64,000 nucleotides of DNA from Squalus acanthias (Eukaryota). The position numbers and the translations under genes were made by a program. Location of the stretch: NCBI GenBank assembly GCA_030390025.1, contig CM059432.1, positions 153,514,001 to 153,578,000 of the forward strand, in the 5' to 3' direction. Below are positions 11,857 through 23,760 of this stretch, piece by piece (the stretch's first letter is position 1; each line of letters starts with the position of its first letter). Under the pieces are notes generated by a model that was not told where the DNA came from, made no database searches, and saw only the letters and a list, made by a program, of their open reading frames with translations.

Positions 11857-13935
11857 TTGCAACAAACATACATTCCTCTAGGGCATAAAAACCCGAAAGG
11901 AAAAGTTATCCAACCATGGCTAACAAAAGAAATTAAAGCTAGTATTAAGTCAAAGGACGAAGCTTATAAAGTTGCCAGAAAAAGCGGTCAGCCTGAGGAT
12001 TGGGATCTTTTTAGAAATCAGCAAAGGGGGACCAAGAAATTGATAAAGAAAGGGAAAATGGAATATGAGCACAAACTAGCGAAAAATATAAAAACGGATT
12101 GTAAAAGCTTCTATAGGTATGTGAAAAGGAAAAGACTGGCGAAGGTAAATGTAGGTCCTTTACAGTCAGAGACAGGAGAATTTATAATGAGGCATGAGGA
12201 AATGGCCGAGAAATTAAATAAATACTTTGTTTCTGTCTTCACAGAGGAAGACACAAAAAACCTCCCAGAAATACGAGAAAACCAAGGGTGTGGCAAGAAT
12301 GAGGAACTTAAAGAAATTATTATTAGTAAAAAAACAGTGCTAGCAAAATTAATGGGACTAAAAGTCGATAAATCCCAAGGACCGGATGACCTACATCCTA
12401 GGGTTTTGAAAGAGGTGGCCATTGGGATAGTGGACGCATTGGTTGTCATCTTCCAAAATTCTATAGATTCTGGAACGGTTCCTGCAGATTGGAGGATAGC
12501 AAATGTAACCCCGCTATTTAAGAAAGGAGAGAGAGAGAAAACGGGGAACTACAGACCTGTTAGCCTCACATCAGTAGTTGGGAAAATGCTGGAATCTATT
12601 ATAAAGGATGCATAACTGGGCACTTAGAAACTAATAGTAAGATTGGGCAGAGTCAACATGGATTTATGAAAGGGAAATCTTGTTTAACAAACCTATTGGA
12701 GTTCTTTGGGGATGTAACTAGTGGAGTAGACAAAGGGGAACCAGTAGATGTGGTGTATCTGGATTTTCTGAAGGCCTTCGATAAGGTCCCACACAAGAGG
12801 TTGGTGAACAAAATTAGGGCACATGGAATTGGGGGTAATATACTAGCATGGATTGAGAATTGGTTAACAGACAGAAAACAAAGAGTAGGGATAAATGGGA
12901 CTTTTTCAGGATGGCAGGCTATGACTAGTGGGGTACCGCAAGGATCGGTGCTTGGGCCCCAGCTATTCACAATCTATATCAATGATTTGGATGAGGGGAC
13001 TAAATGTAACATTTCCAAATTCGCTGATGACACAAAGCTAGGTGGCAGTGTCCATTGTGAAGAGGATGTGAAGAGGCTTCAAGGGGATCTCGACAGGCTC
13101 AGTGAGTGGGCGAGAACATGGCAGATGGAATATAATGTGGATAAATGTGAAGTTATCCACTTTGGTAGAAAAAACAGAAAGGCAGAGTATTTCCTAAATG
13201 GTGAAAGATTGGGGAATGTAGATACTCAAAGGGACCTGGGTGTCCTTGTACATGAGTCACTGAAAGTGAATGTGCAGGTGCAGCAAGCCATTAGGAAGGC
13301 AAATGGTATGCTGGCCTTCATTACAACAGGATTTGAGTACAGGAGTAAAGAAGTCTTACTCCAATTATATAGAGCCTTGGTGAGACCACACCTGGAGTAC
13401 TGTGTACAATTTTGGTCTCCTTACCTAAGGAAGGATATACTTGCCATAGAGGGAGTGCAACGAAGGTTCACGAGATTGATTCCTGGGATGGCGGGACTGT
13501 TGTATGAGAAGAGATTGAGTAAACTAGGCCTGTATTCTCTTGAATTCAGAAGAATGAGAGGGGATCTCATTGAAGCATACAAAATTATTACAGGGCTTGA
13601 TAGGATGGATGCTGGGAGAATGCTTCCCTTGGCTGGGGAGTCTAGAACCAGGGGCCACAGCCTCAAGATAAAGGGTAGGCCATTCAGGACTGAGATGAGA
13701 AGAAATTTCTTCACACAGAGGGTGGTGAATCTTTGGAATTCTCTACCCCAGAGGGCTGTGGAGGCTCAGTCATTGGGTATAGAGAAGTCGATAGATTTCT
13801 GACTAGTAAAGGCATAAAGGGATATGGCGACAGGGCTGGTGAATGGAGTTGAGGCAGAAGATCAGCCATGATCTCATTGAATGGCAGAGCAGGCTCGAAG
13901 GGCCGAATGGCCTACTCCTGCTCCTATTTCTTATG
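11857..13935 (+). mobile_element. 5'-truncated CR1 LINE with near-intact RT domain
   Basis: ORFs 11857-12615 and 12666-13802 separated by one frameshift; GVPQGSVLGP, FADD; 3' tail GGCCTACTCCTGCTCCTATTTCTTATG. Confidence 0.96.
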
Positions 13936-15089
13936 ATAACAAAATCTGGTGGTTTTATTGGTGGAAGCTTTAGTTAGCTAATAATCTGAAATTTAAAAAT
14001 GCATCTTTTTCACCATGCTGTCTGACAAGTCTTGCAATCACAAGTCAACGAATAATGTGTTTCTCACCCAAATATTGAGATATAACTTATGTGAGATCAC
14101 AGCGCCAATGTTTCGAGCATGCATTGCTGTTGGATAAACTCACCTGCCTGCCAGCCATGCCTATCAGGAAATCAGCCCATATAAAATTATTTCAGTTTTC
14201 AGTACATTATTATTGTCTATGACATATGCAGCTCTTTCCAGGAAAGTTAATTTTGTTACAAAGTGACACAGAAATCTTTGTAGTTAGAAATTCTAATAGC
14301 CACGTACAATTCTCAATGACCAGAACTATAATATAGTCAGAAAATATCTTCTGAAACAGTTGGTAGCTTCTATGCTGTATAACTGGCAGGCATATGTATA
14401 GAAAATCAAATGCACCACAGATATGCTTGGCTGCAGTACAAATAGTGTCTGACCATTCATGTTAAGAATAACACTTCCTAATAAATACAGAATGCTTCAG
14501 TATATGAAATTACTATCAACTCCAATAATAATAAAACTGAGACCGTCAGGCTTGTTTAGTGAGCATATGTGACTTTCCCCGACCAGGCACTATTCTCCAT
14601 TGTGGTTAGCCCTACAGATGGATTGTGTAACCACGTGAAACACGAATCAATAGGAATAATTCCATGAGCCCGCAGTCCCAGTGGAGAGTTGTTTTGGCAG
14701 GAAGAATGTGTTGGAGAATCAGGGCTACAATATTGTAATCCTATCTCCAACCCATATTCCCTGCCAGCATGGCTCTCCAACTGGGAGACCAGAATTCCCC
14801 GTAATGTTTCCAATAACATTCTTGTATGAAACAGCGGCTTCCTTCATAATTGCAAACATTTGTTGTTACCGCTGTTGAACTGACAATCAACGCAGATTTT
14901 GGCGGAGGTGCCACGTAAATATATCATGACTTGATTTTGTCCGTGAATTACATTGCTTTTGAAGCAATGAAGTCTTTAGCTTCAAATTGAACTGTAATTT
15001 TTGTACATGTAGTATTTTGTTTGTGCACCTCATAAATGTATGTATAACGTAGAGGTCTTCAAAGCAGAAAGGAAAGAAATGCTGTTCAG

Positions 15090-15700
15090 CCAATAGAATG
15101 TTGAACTACATTGCCAAAACAGTAGAAGTCAGGGGAAGTCATGATCAGACTCTGTAGCATTCTGGTCAGACCACATCTTGAGTACTGTGTCCAGCTCTGG
15201 TCACTGCAACACACGGGAGACACTCAAACTCTGGGGACAGTGCGCAGAAAAGCCACGAGGCTCATCCCTAACGTTCGAGTTCCGAGATGAGAAAAGATGA
15301 GAAAGTTCAGCCTAGAAAAGAGGTATCTGAGAGTTGATCTTAGAAAGTTATATGAGGAAGTTACAGGAATGGAAAAAGTAAACCCATTATTTTACATTAA
15401 ATTATGAGAGTAGAACAAGGGGCAACAGGTTCAAAGTAGTAAAAGATAAAATTGGGACTGATGTCAGGAAATTCTACTTCACACAAAGAGTGATCAACAC
15501 ATGGAATGGACTCCGCAGTAGAGTAGTGGGGGCGAAAACCTTGACAATTTCAAAAACAATTGGATGCTATTACATAAGAATTAGGAGCAGGAGTAGGCCA
15601 TACGGCCCCTCGAGCCTGCTCCGAGGTGGGGGGTGGGGAGGATTTTTCTGGATGGATGAATTAATATTGGCCGAATGACCTTCCGAATCCGTAATTATCC
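15090..15700 (+). mobile_element. Old CR1 3' fragment containing a short antisense CR1 tail (about 15572-15622)
   Basis: Degenerate [10 protein letters not shown] and FYFTQRVINTWN; embedded ACATAAGAATTAGGAGCAGGAGTAGGCC. Confidence 0.7.
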
Positions 15701-16708
15701 TTTGATTTCTATCAGAATAATTCATCCTGGATGATGAACAAATTTTGGCCTAGAAATTCGACATCGGTGAAAACCTGCCGGTGCCACCACGGGTCACTGT
15801 TAACGGCCGCCGAAATTGATGGCACTGGCAGGACCAGTAAATTGGCGCTGGTGGCTAATTAACTTTAGCCCAGCACTAAACTTACTGTGCAACGCTGTTC
15901 TGGTGGCGTTAGTCCCGGCAGGAGGCCCCAAGTAGCGTGGCCATTGTGTCATTGCAGCAAGAACAGCCTTCTCTTAAAGGAAGGCTGTCATTTTAGAAAG
16001 CAGTTTGGTCCCTTAAAGGGGAACTGCCTTTTGAAGTGAAAAAAATAAAAATCATGTAAAAATAGCCAGGCCTTAGCTCTTGAAGCTGAACTGCCTTCCA
16101 CACCTAAAAAAATGCTAAAAGTGCTTCAGCACTAACAGAAATGGCTCAGCAAGCCAGGGAAGGGGTACCCAGGGTCTCGCACGCAGCACTCCAGCTTTGT
16201 GCAGTGGGTCAACACTGCAAGAGAGGTCCTCTACCCACAGGGGCCAGGAGGCCCTCCAGAAAGAAGGATGTGGGACCAGATCACCGAGACCTTCACTGCC
16301 AGCTGTGTCGCCCCCATGACCTGGCTCCAGTGCCCAAAGAAGCTTCATGACCTCAGACCACTGGTCAAGGTCAGTGAATGCAACTTCAAAAGCCTACCAA
16401 CTGCACCACTAGCTGCGCACACTGCTCAATGCACGAACCCCCCCCCCCAATCACTCACCTACCAACAATCTGTACCAAACCCGAGGCACATCTCCCATTC
16501 CTAGCCTCACCTCATCCCCTTGGAAGAGACGGTGCTGACCATTCTTGGCAGGGACATGGCTGAGCCCTTGGCCAGCAGCGGGGCTGAAAGGATACCAGAT
16601 GCTGGAATCCTCATACGTTAGTCTCCTTCTCGCATGCACCTCTTGCTTTCCCGCCCTCCCCTCACCACAACTCCACCCTTGTTCCTTCCTCATTTCACAC
16701 ACCCAAGA

Positions 16709-17500
16709 TTTGGTAGGAAAAATAGAAAAGCAGTGTATTTTTAAATGGTGAGAGATTGGAAAATGTTGGTGTTCAGAGGGACCTGGGTGTCCTTGTACAC
16801 GAATCACTGAAAGTTAACATGCAGGTACAGCAAGCAATTAGGAAAAAAAATGGTATGTTGGCCTTTATTACAAGAGGATTTGAGTATAAGAGTAAAGACA
16901 TCTTACTGCAATTATATAGGACCCTGGTGAGACCACACCTGGAGTATTGTGTACAGTTTTGGTCTCCTTACCTAAGGAAGGATATACTTGCCATAGAGGG
17001 AGTGCAATGAAGGTTCACCAGACTGGTTCCTGGGATGGGAGGATTGTCCTATGAGGAGAGATTGAGTAGACTAGGCCTATATTCTCTAGAGTTTAGAAGA
17101 ATGAGAGGTGATCTCATTGAAACATACAAAATTCTTACAGGGCTTGACAGGGTAGATGCAGGGAGGGTGTTTCCCCTGGCTGGGGAGTCTAGAACCAGGG
17201 TCACAGTCTCAGAATAAGGGGTCGGCCATTTAGGAATGAGATGAGGAGAAATTTTTTCACTCAGAGGGTAGCGAATCTTTGGAATTCTCTATCCCAGAGG
17301 GCTCTGGAGGCTCAGTCGTTGAGTATATTCAAGACAGAGATTGATAGATTTTTGAATATTAAGGGAATCAAGGGATATGGGGATAGTGCAGTAAAGTGGA
17401 GATGAGGTAGAAGATCAGCCATGATCTTACTGAATGGCGGAGCAGGCTCGAAGGGCCAAATGGCCTACTCCTGCTCCTATTTCTTATGTTCTTATGTTCT
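16709..17500 (+). mobile_element. CR1 LINE 3' fragment inserted in Harbinger H2 copy 1
   Basis: ORFs 16756-17010 and 17035-17217; tail TTCTTATGTTCTTATGTTC. Confidence 0.93.
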
Positions 17501-18083
17501 AATGAAATGCAGCCTCCCCAGCCAGTGGTTGACCAAGAAGAGGAAGAGGAGAGTGAAGAAGAAGAAGGAAAAAAATAACAAACACAGTCACTCGATTTCA
17601 CACTCCCAGCATCTCAAGGTCGACCAGCATGGCCATTTGCAGTGTCACCCACTGAAAGTCAGCAGCCTTCCACTAGCCATGCTGCAGCCACTGGGGTAGC
17701 ACTGTGTGACACCAGTAGGATAGGCAAAGGCACGCACAAGACAGTCACTAAGGGAATGCATCAGGGTGATGAGTTGATTTCTTGATGTCATATTGGATAG
17801 CTAGATGTATAAAGTTGGAGTGGAAAGTTTGCTTTGTGGTGGCTTTTATTTCAGCATTGTGGCCAAGAGGACACTGTGATGGTCAGTAACAGAGGGAAGG
17901 TAAGGTGTGGGATAAATGTTAAAGGGGAATTGGGGTTGTAGTCACTGGTACCGCGGGCGGATGATTCCATCCCGGATGTCCCGGCCGGAAAGGGGCTGTC
18001 TGGGTTGCATCCTTTCTTCTGCTTCCTCCTCTTCTGCATCTTCCTCTTCTGTATCTTCCTCTTCCCTCTGCGAGGGGATGTGG

Positions 18084-18207
18084 TAAATCTGAAATAAAAG
18101 CACAAAATGCTGGAAATACTCAGCAGGTCAGGCAGCATTTCGACCTGAGACGTGAACTCTGTTTCTCTCTCCACGGATGCTGCCTGACCAGCATTTTCTG
18201 TCTTGTC
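18084..18207. repeat. Penelope-like foldback repeat embedded in Harbinger H2
   Basis: Inverted arms AAAATGCTGG..GGTCAGGCAGCAT / ATGCTGCCTGACC..AGCATTTT; same insert at 50768-50903; related copies at 45150, 45570, 52310, 26360. Penelope assignment is from recognition. Confidence 0.6.
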
Positions 18208-19254
18208 AGAGGCCTTCCTTTACCATCCGAGGCCTTGCAAGTGTCCAGCAGCACTCCCTGCACATTTAAAAACTTTTAACATGTATTGCAAAAAGCCACT
18301 ACTTCAATAAAATAAAAAAATCCAGTTCAAAAGCTTAAATGCACTTACCTGAAAGATGTGTGTGTCCCTTTAAGAAGTGCTGACACCGTCTCTGTCAGTC
18401 TGCTGCACGCTCGCTTTTCAGAGCAAGCTTAGGACCCAGTACTAAATTCAGTGCTAAGGTCGAAGTTCGCAGAGTGTGATGTTAAGTCGGCGTTGCACGC
18501 CGACTGACGTCACACTCTCCCTATTTGCATCTCCAGGGCCAGCAGCGCTAAGGCCCTCACCAAAATGGCGGCCGCGAAGTCCCATGCCAGAGAAGGGCAT
18601 TACAGTTGTGGCCACCATTTTTCACCAGGGTTGCGGCGCTAACTCGTGGCGATAAGGTAGGGAATTTCTGAGCCTTTATGTTTATGTACTTTCCTCTTTT
18701 TACGATCCATTAATGTTGTGTTGTCCATCACTGGTCTTGCTTTCTGATCTCATTTGGTTATCTCTTAAGGATGAAGAAATTGCTTTTAGTTGCAGTGTTT
18801 CTCATTTATTGACTAGAATTAGTCTTCACATACCATGTAACTACAATCCTGTATAATATACAGAAGGTATAAGCGTTACAAGAATAACTAAAATTGAAGG
18901 GTCATCAGAGACATTTGAAATGATTTTCCTCCTTGTGTCACATGAGTTCCCTTTTGTATTGCCTTCTATATATTATGCCTCCATAGTCTATGTTGTGCTC
19001 ATTTCAATCAAAGAGCCTGAGTAGCACAAAGTTAAGTGAGGGAATCCAGAAAAAGAATTAAACCTAATTTACCAAACCTATTTGAACTACAAAGAAAAAA
19101 TTGCTAACTAGGCAATCATTTATTTTGCTATCATGCACATCCAACAGACTTGCATATATACCAGTTGGGACCAAGGTGCAGGCAGTGACAAGAAATCAGC
19201 ACACAATGAACATACTCAATTTCCAAAGTACAAAACTCACAATTACAGGAAGTC

Positions 19255-19410
19255 TACAATGGCTCAGTGGGGAAATACATGATGTGGTGCGGTAATGAGC
19301 CCCAAAGACCAGGAAGGTCCTACATTTGATCCATCGTGTGTGCCGAGTTTACAGGCTCAGCTAAAGCAGTGTTGGGAACACTAGCACCGGCTACAGCAAT
19401 TCCAGCTAAG
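19255..19410 (+). mobile_element. Degenerate tRNA-headed SINE (LF-SINE-like) fragment
   Basis: A-box-like TGGCTCAGTGG followed by AGACCAGGAAGGTCC..TTTGATCC B-box-like region. Confidence 0.45.
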
Positions 19411-19715
19411 AATCATACAGCATAGCAAGAGGTCATTTGGCCCATCGTGCCTGTGCCGGCTCTTTGAAAGAGCTCTCCAATTAGTCCCACTGCCCTGCTC
19501 TTCCCCATAGCCCTGCAAATTTTTCCTTTTCAAGTATATATAAATTACCTTTTGAAAATTACTATTGAATTTGTTTCCACCACCCTTTCAGGCAATGCAT
19601 TCCTGATCATAGCAACTCACTGCATGATTTTTTTCCCCTCATCTTCCTGGTTCTTTTGCCAATTATCTTAAATCTGTGTCTTCTGGTTACTGACCTGCCT
19701 GCCAATGGAAACAGT
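19411..19715 (-). mobile_element. CR1 LINE 3' end fragment
   Basis: Reverse complement matches the tail type at 48085-48432. Confidence 0.8.
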
Positions 19716-19927
19716 GAAATGAGAAAGATCATCCAAGGTAACTGGTAGTCATTAATATCCAGTGATTTCCACTAGAATTGTGTGCAATTACTGAAGCAGT
19801 CAGGGCTGAACCAGAAAATTAGCTTATGATAGTTAATATTCTGAATGATTGCCTCCTCCAAGTATTCCCACAGGGAGACATGAGCAATACACCCTGTGTA
19901 AGCAGAGATAACCTACGCAGAATTAAT

Positions 19928-20965
19928 GGCCCCAATTTTAACTGCCCCCACCTCGTGGAAAACAGGCAGGGTGCAGTTAAAATAAGGCGATTCACTTACC
20001 TCTTCCGATCCATAGAAACAAAGAAAATTAGGAGCAGGAGTAGGCCATTCGGCCCTTCGAGCCTGCTCTGCCATTCAATATGATCATAGCTGATCCGCTA
20101 TCTCAATACCATATTCCCGCTCTCTCCCCATACCCCTTGATGCCTTTTGTGTCTAGAAATCTATCTATCTCCTTCTTAAATATATTCAGCAACTTGGCCT
20201 CCACAGCCTTCTGTGGTAGAGAATTCCACAGGTTCACCACCCTCTGAGTGAAGAAATTTCTCATCTCAGTCCTACCCCGTATCCTGAGACTGTGACCCCT
20301 CATTCTAGACCCCCCAGCCAGGGGAAACATCCTCCCTAAATCCAGTCTGTTTAGCCCTGTCAGAATTTTATACGTTTCAATGAGATCCCCTCTCATTCTT
20401 CTAAACTCTAGTGAATACAGGCCTAGTCGACCCAATCTCTCCTCATACGACAGTCCTGCCATCCGAAGAATCAGTCTGGTGAACCTTCGCTGCACTCCCT
20501 CTATGGCAAGTATATTCTTTCTTAGGTAAGGAGACCAAAACTTCACACAGTACTCCAGGTGTGGTCTCACCAAGGCCCTGTATAACTGTAGTAACCGCTG
20601 CCTTCCCTCCATGTCCTGATATTAACCTGCTTTTCTGAGCAGGCGAGCAGGACGCCCGCAGGAAGGAAGCGGGGTCCTACTTTAAATATGCAGATTGGGT
20701 CCAATGATGTCATTAGGACCAGATCTGCAATTTCAGCCTGAGGCCCGAGTGCAGCAGCAGTGACGGCTTCCCCAGCAGGCGGACCTGTCGGGAGCCGGAT
20801 CCGGCACCAGAAGAGGCCCAGAGGTTAAATTAAAAGTTTTATTTTAGGCTTCCTTGTGGGCCAGGAGTGCTCCTCCGGCTCTCACAAGGAAGCCTTGGGC
20901 TTTGCCCACCACCATTCCTGATCTTTGACAGATCCTTCCACCCCCACCCTGCCCACACTCCCGAT
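19928..20965. mobile_element. Harbinger-like MITE split by a CR1 insertion (20012-20595)
   Basis: Starts GGCCCCAATTTTAACTGCC; GC-rich body resumes after 20595; terminus related to 59220-59449. Confidence 0.55.
20012..20595 (-). mobile_element. CR1 LINE 3' fragment, same young subfamily as 27531-29640
   Basis: ORF 20103-20612 ends ...GIKGYGERAGIWY, identical to the end of ORF 28278-29552. Confidence 0.95.
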
Positions 20966-21164
20966 GGGGTGATTTGATAGAGGTATTTAAAATGATGATG
21001 GTGTGGGACGGCGGGGGCAGTAAACTAGCAGTTGCAGATTCGCCACCTGTTATACAACTCACCCGATTTTCAGTTTATTTGAAGTCAATGGAAAGGAAAT
21101 TCTGACGGGACATGTAACGGATGGCCAATCGGTAACTGCCAGTTTAACGCCCACACCTAAAGTG

Positions 21165-21465
21165 ATTGCTGCTCTAGGATGGGAGGATATAGATATAAGA
21201 TTAAATGTCAGAATATTAGGATAGAGAACAGGAGGAACCTTTTTACACAGTGGATTGTGAGGCTGTGAAATCAGTAATTGAAGCAGAGACCATGGCAATG
21301 TTTAAGAATAGGCTAAATAGGTGATTGAAGAAAAGGGGGATAAAGGGATATGGGAACAGAGTGGGTCCATAGGATTAGGATGACTGCTTGTGTGGAGGAT
21401 AAATGCCAACACAGACTGGCTGGGCAGAATGGCCTGTTTCCATAATTTCTTAGTAATTCTATGTA
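21165..21465 (+). mobile_element. Old CR1 3' fragment
   Basis: Degenerate FTQ.IV.L / FK.RL / IKGYG region and GGGCAGAATGGCCTG tail. Confidence 0.65.
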
Positions 21466-22389
21466 AAATGCTCAAAAATCATTTAAACCCATTGGAATCC
21501 TTTGCCAAGGCTGACTGAAGGGAAGGGAAATGAACAAAAATGAAGTGAACGAAAATCCCAATGTTGGAGAAATGTAATGGAGTTCATGGACAAGTGACAA
21601 GAATGGTGCAACAACTGGCTCCCTGTTTCATGGCAGGCGAAGCATGAGATGGGTATGAGGAGTCTTGTCCTGTTGGGCCTCTCCACAACATAGCTGTGTA
21701 TTTCAGCTGGCATGAGTTGGTAGCCAGGCTTACTGGTTGTTACAGTACCTGCAGCATTTGGGAACAGAAGCAGGATAAGACAGCATATTATAAGGAAGCT
21801 GGCAAAGACTACCTGACTGTACTTTTTCCCAAGTTGATTGTCCAAGATTATAAGCTATTCATTCAACCTGTTTCGCATTTATTGATTGACCATGCCAAAC
21901 CCTCACATACATTTAGAGCTCAATGTATCTCATTACTTATAGATCAATATGGCACGCATTTAAGATGCAAAATATAATTGAACGCCTGTTAAACTGACAT
22001 CTTCCAAGGAATTTTAAACCTCAGATTATTGCAATAAAACCTGGCTGATGTATGATCACTTACAAACACCCAGGTTGGTCTGGAGGTGCGCCCAAGGTGG
22101 GCATATGGTCTTTCAGCTTACAGAACCAAAGACAAATTTACCGCTTGCTCATCAAAATGACACATAATTTAAAGCACGAGTCAGAAGTGGAGAAAGGTTA
22201 ACAAATCATAGGGCTTTGGCTTCCCTTGTGGAGGTGAGGTCACCTTGGATATCCTGTCATGTGAGAGCAAGGAAGGAGTAGGGAAAGTGAAGCAGCAGGC
22301 CTCCACCCAAGCTCTGGCATTGTACAATCCTGATTTCATAGCTTTTCCCCGCATTCTCACTCACACCCACTGAGGCATATATGCAACAT

Positions 22390-23760
22390 GCATCCGACCA
22401 ATTACCGCCCCATCAGCCTACTCTCAATCATCAGTAAAGTGATGGAAGGTGTTGTCAACAGTGCTACCAAGCGACACTTATTCACCAATAACCTGCTCAA
22501 CGATGCTCAGTTTGGATTCCACCGGGACCACTTGGCTCCAGACCTCATTACAGCCTTGGTCCAAACATGGACAAAAGAGCTGAGTTCCAGAGGTGAGGTG
22601 AGAGTGACTGCCCTTGACATCAAGGCAGCAATTGACTGAGGGTGGCATCAAGGAGCCCGAGTAAAACTGAAGTCAATGGGGATTAGGGCAAAACTCTCCA
22701 CTGGCTGGAGTCATACCTAGCACAAAGGAAGATGGTTGTGGTTGTTGGAGGCCAGTGATCACAGCCCCAGGACATCGCTGCAGGAGTTCCTCAGGACAGT
22801 GTCCTAGGCCCAACTATCTTCAGCTGCTTCATCAATAACCTTCCCTCCATCATAAGGTCAGAAGTGGGGATTTCACTGATGATTGCGCAGTGTTCAGTTC
22901 TGTTCGCAATTCCTCAGATAATGAAGCAGTCCGTGCCCACATGCAGCAAGACCTGGACAACATCCAGGCTTGGGATGATAAATGGCAAGTAACATTCGCA
23001 CCACACAAGTGCCAGGCAATAACCATCTCCAACAAGAGAGAGTTTAGCCATCTCCCCTTGTCATTCAATGGCATTGCCATCATCGAATCCCCCACTGTCA
23101 CCATCCTGGGGGTCACCATTGACCAGAAACTTAACTGGGCCAGCCACATAAATACTGTGGCTACAGAGCAGGTGTCAGAGGCTGGGTATTCTCTGGCGAG
23201 TGTCCCACCGCCTGACTCCCCAAAGCCTTTCCACCATCTGTAAGGCACAAGTCAGGAGTGTGATGGAATACTCTCCACTTGCCTGGATGAATGTAGCTCC
23301 AACAACACTCAAGAAGCTCGACATCATCCAGGACAAAGCAGGCCGCATGATTAGCATCCCATCCATCATCTTAAACATTCACTCCCTCCACCACCAGCGG
23401 AACATGGCTGCAGTATGTACCATCTACAAGATGCACTGCAGCAACTCGCCAAGGCTTCTTCGACAGCACCTCCCAATCCTGCGACCTCTACCAGCTAGAA
23501 GGACAAAGGCAGTAAGTGCATGGGAACGCCACCACCTACAAGTTTTCCTCCAAGTCACACACTATCCTGACTTGGAAATATATCGCCGTTCCTTCACTGG
23601 GTCCAAATCCTGTAACTCCCTACCTAACAGCACTGTGGGAGTACCTTCACCACACGGACTGCAGTGGCTCAAGCGGCACACCACCACCTTCTTGAGGGCA
23701 ATTAGGGATAGGCAATAAATGCTGGCCTTGCCAGCGACACCCACATTCCATGAATGTAGA
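22390..23760 (+). mobile_element. Second CR1/L2-group LINE family, RT to 3' end
   Basis: NYRPISLLS, QFGF, ALDIKAA, QQDLDNIQAW, RSVMEYSPLAW; tail GGCAATAAATGCTGGCCTTGCCAGCGAC. Confidence 0.92.

Larger units (their letters stand above)
15747..18674 (+). mobile_element. Internally deleted Harbinger, family H2 (copy 1): Myb remnant on +, transposase termini on -
   Basis: TIRs GGCCTAGAAATTC / GAATTTCTGAGCC, TSD TTT; Myb remnant 16141-16369 (LYPQG..WDQI..TWLQCPKKLHDL); homologous to 48435-51350 and 39040-39727. Confidence 0.85.

Noticed and set aside
12111..12449. Recurrent antisense ORFs (MTTNAST..., MKKFLLIS...)
   Set aside because: Shadows of CR1 ORF2 on the opposite strand; they recur only because the LINE recurs.
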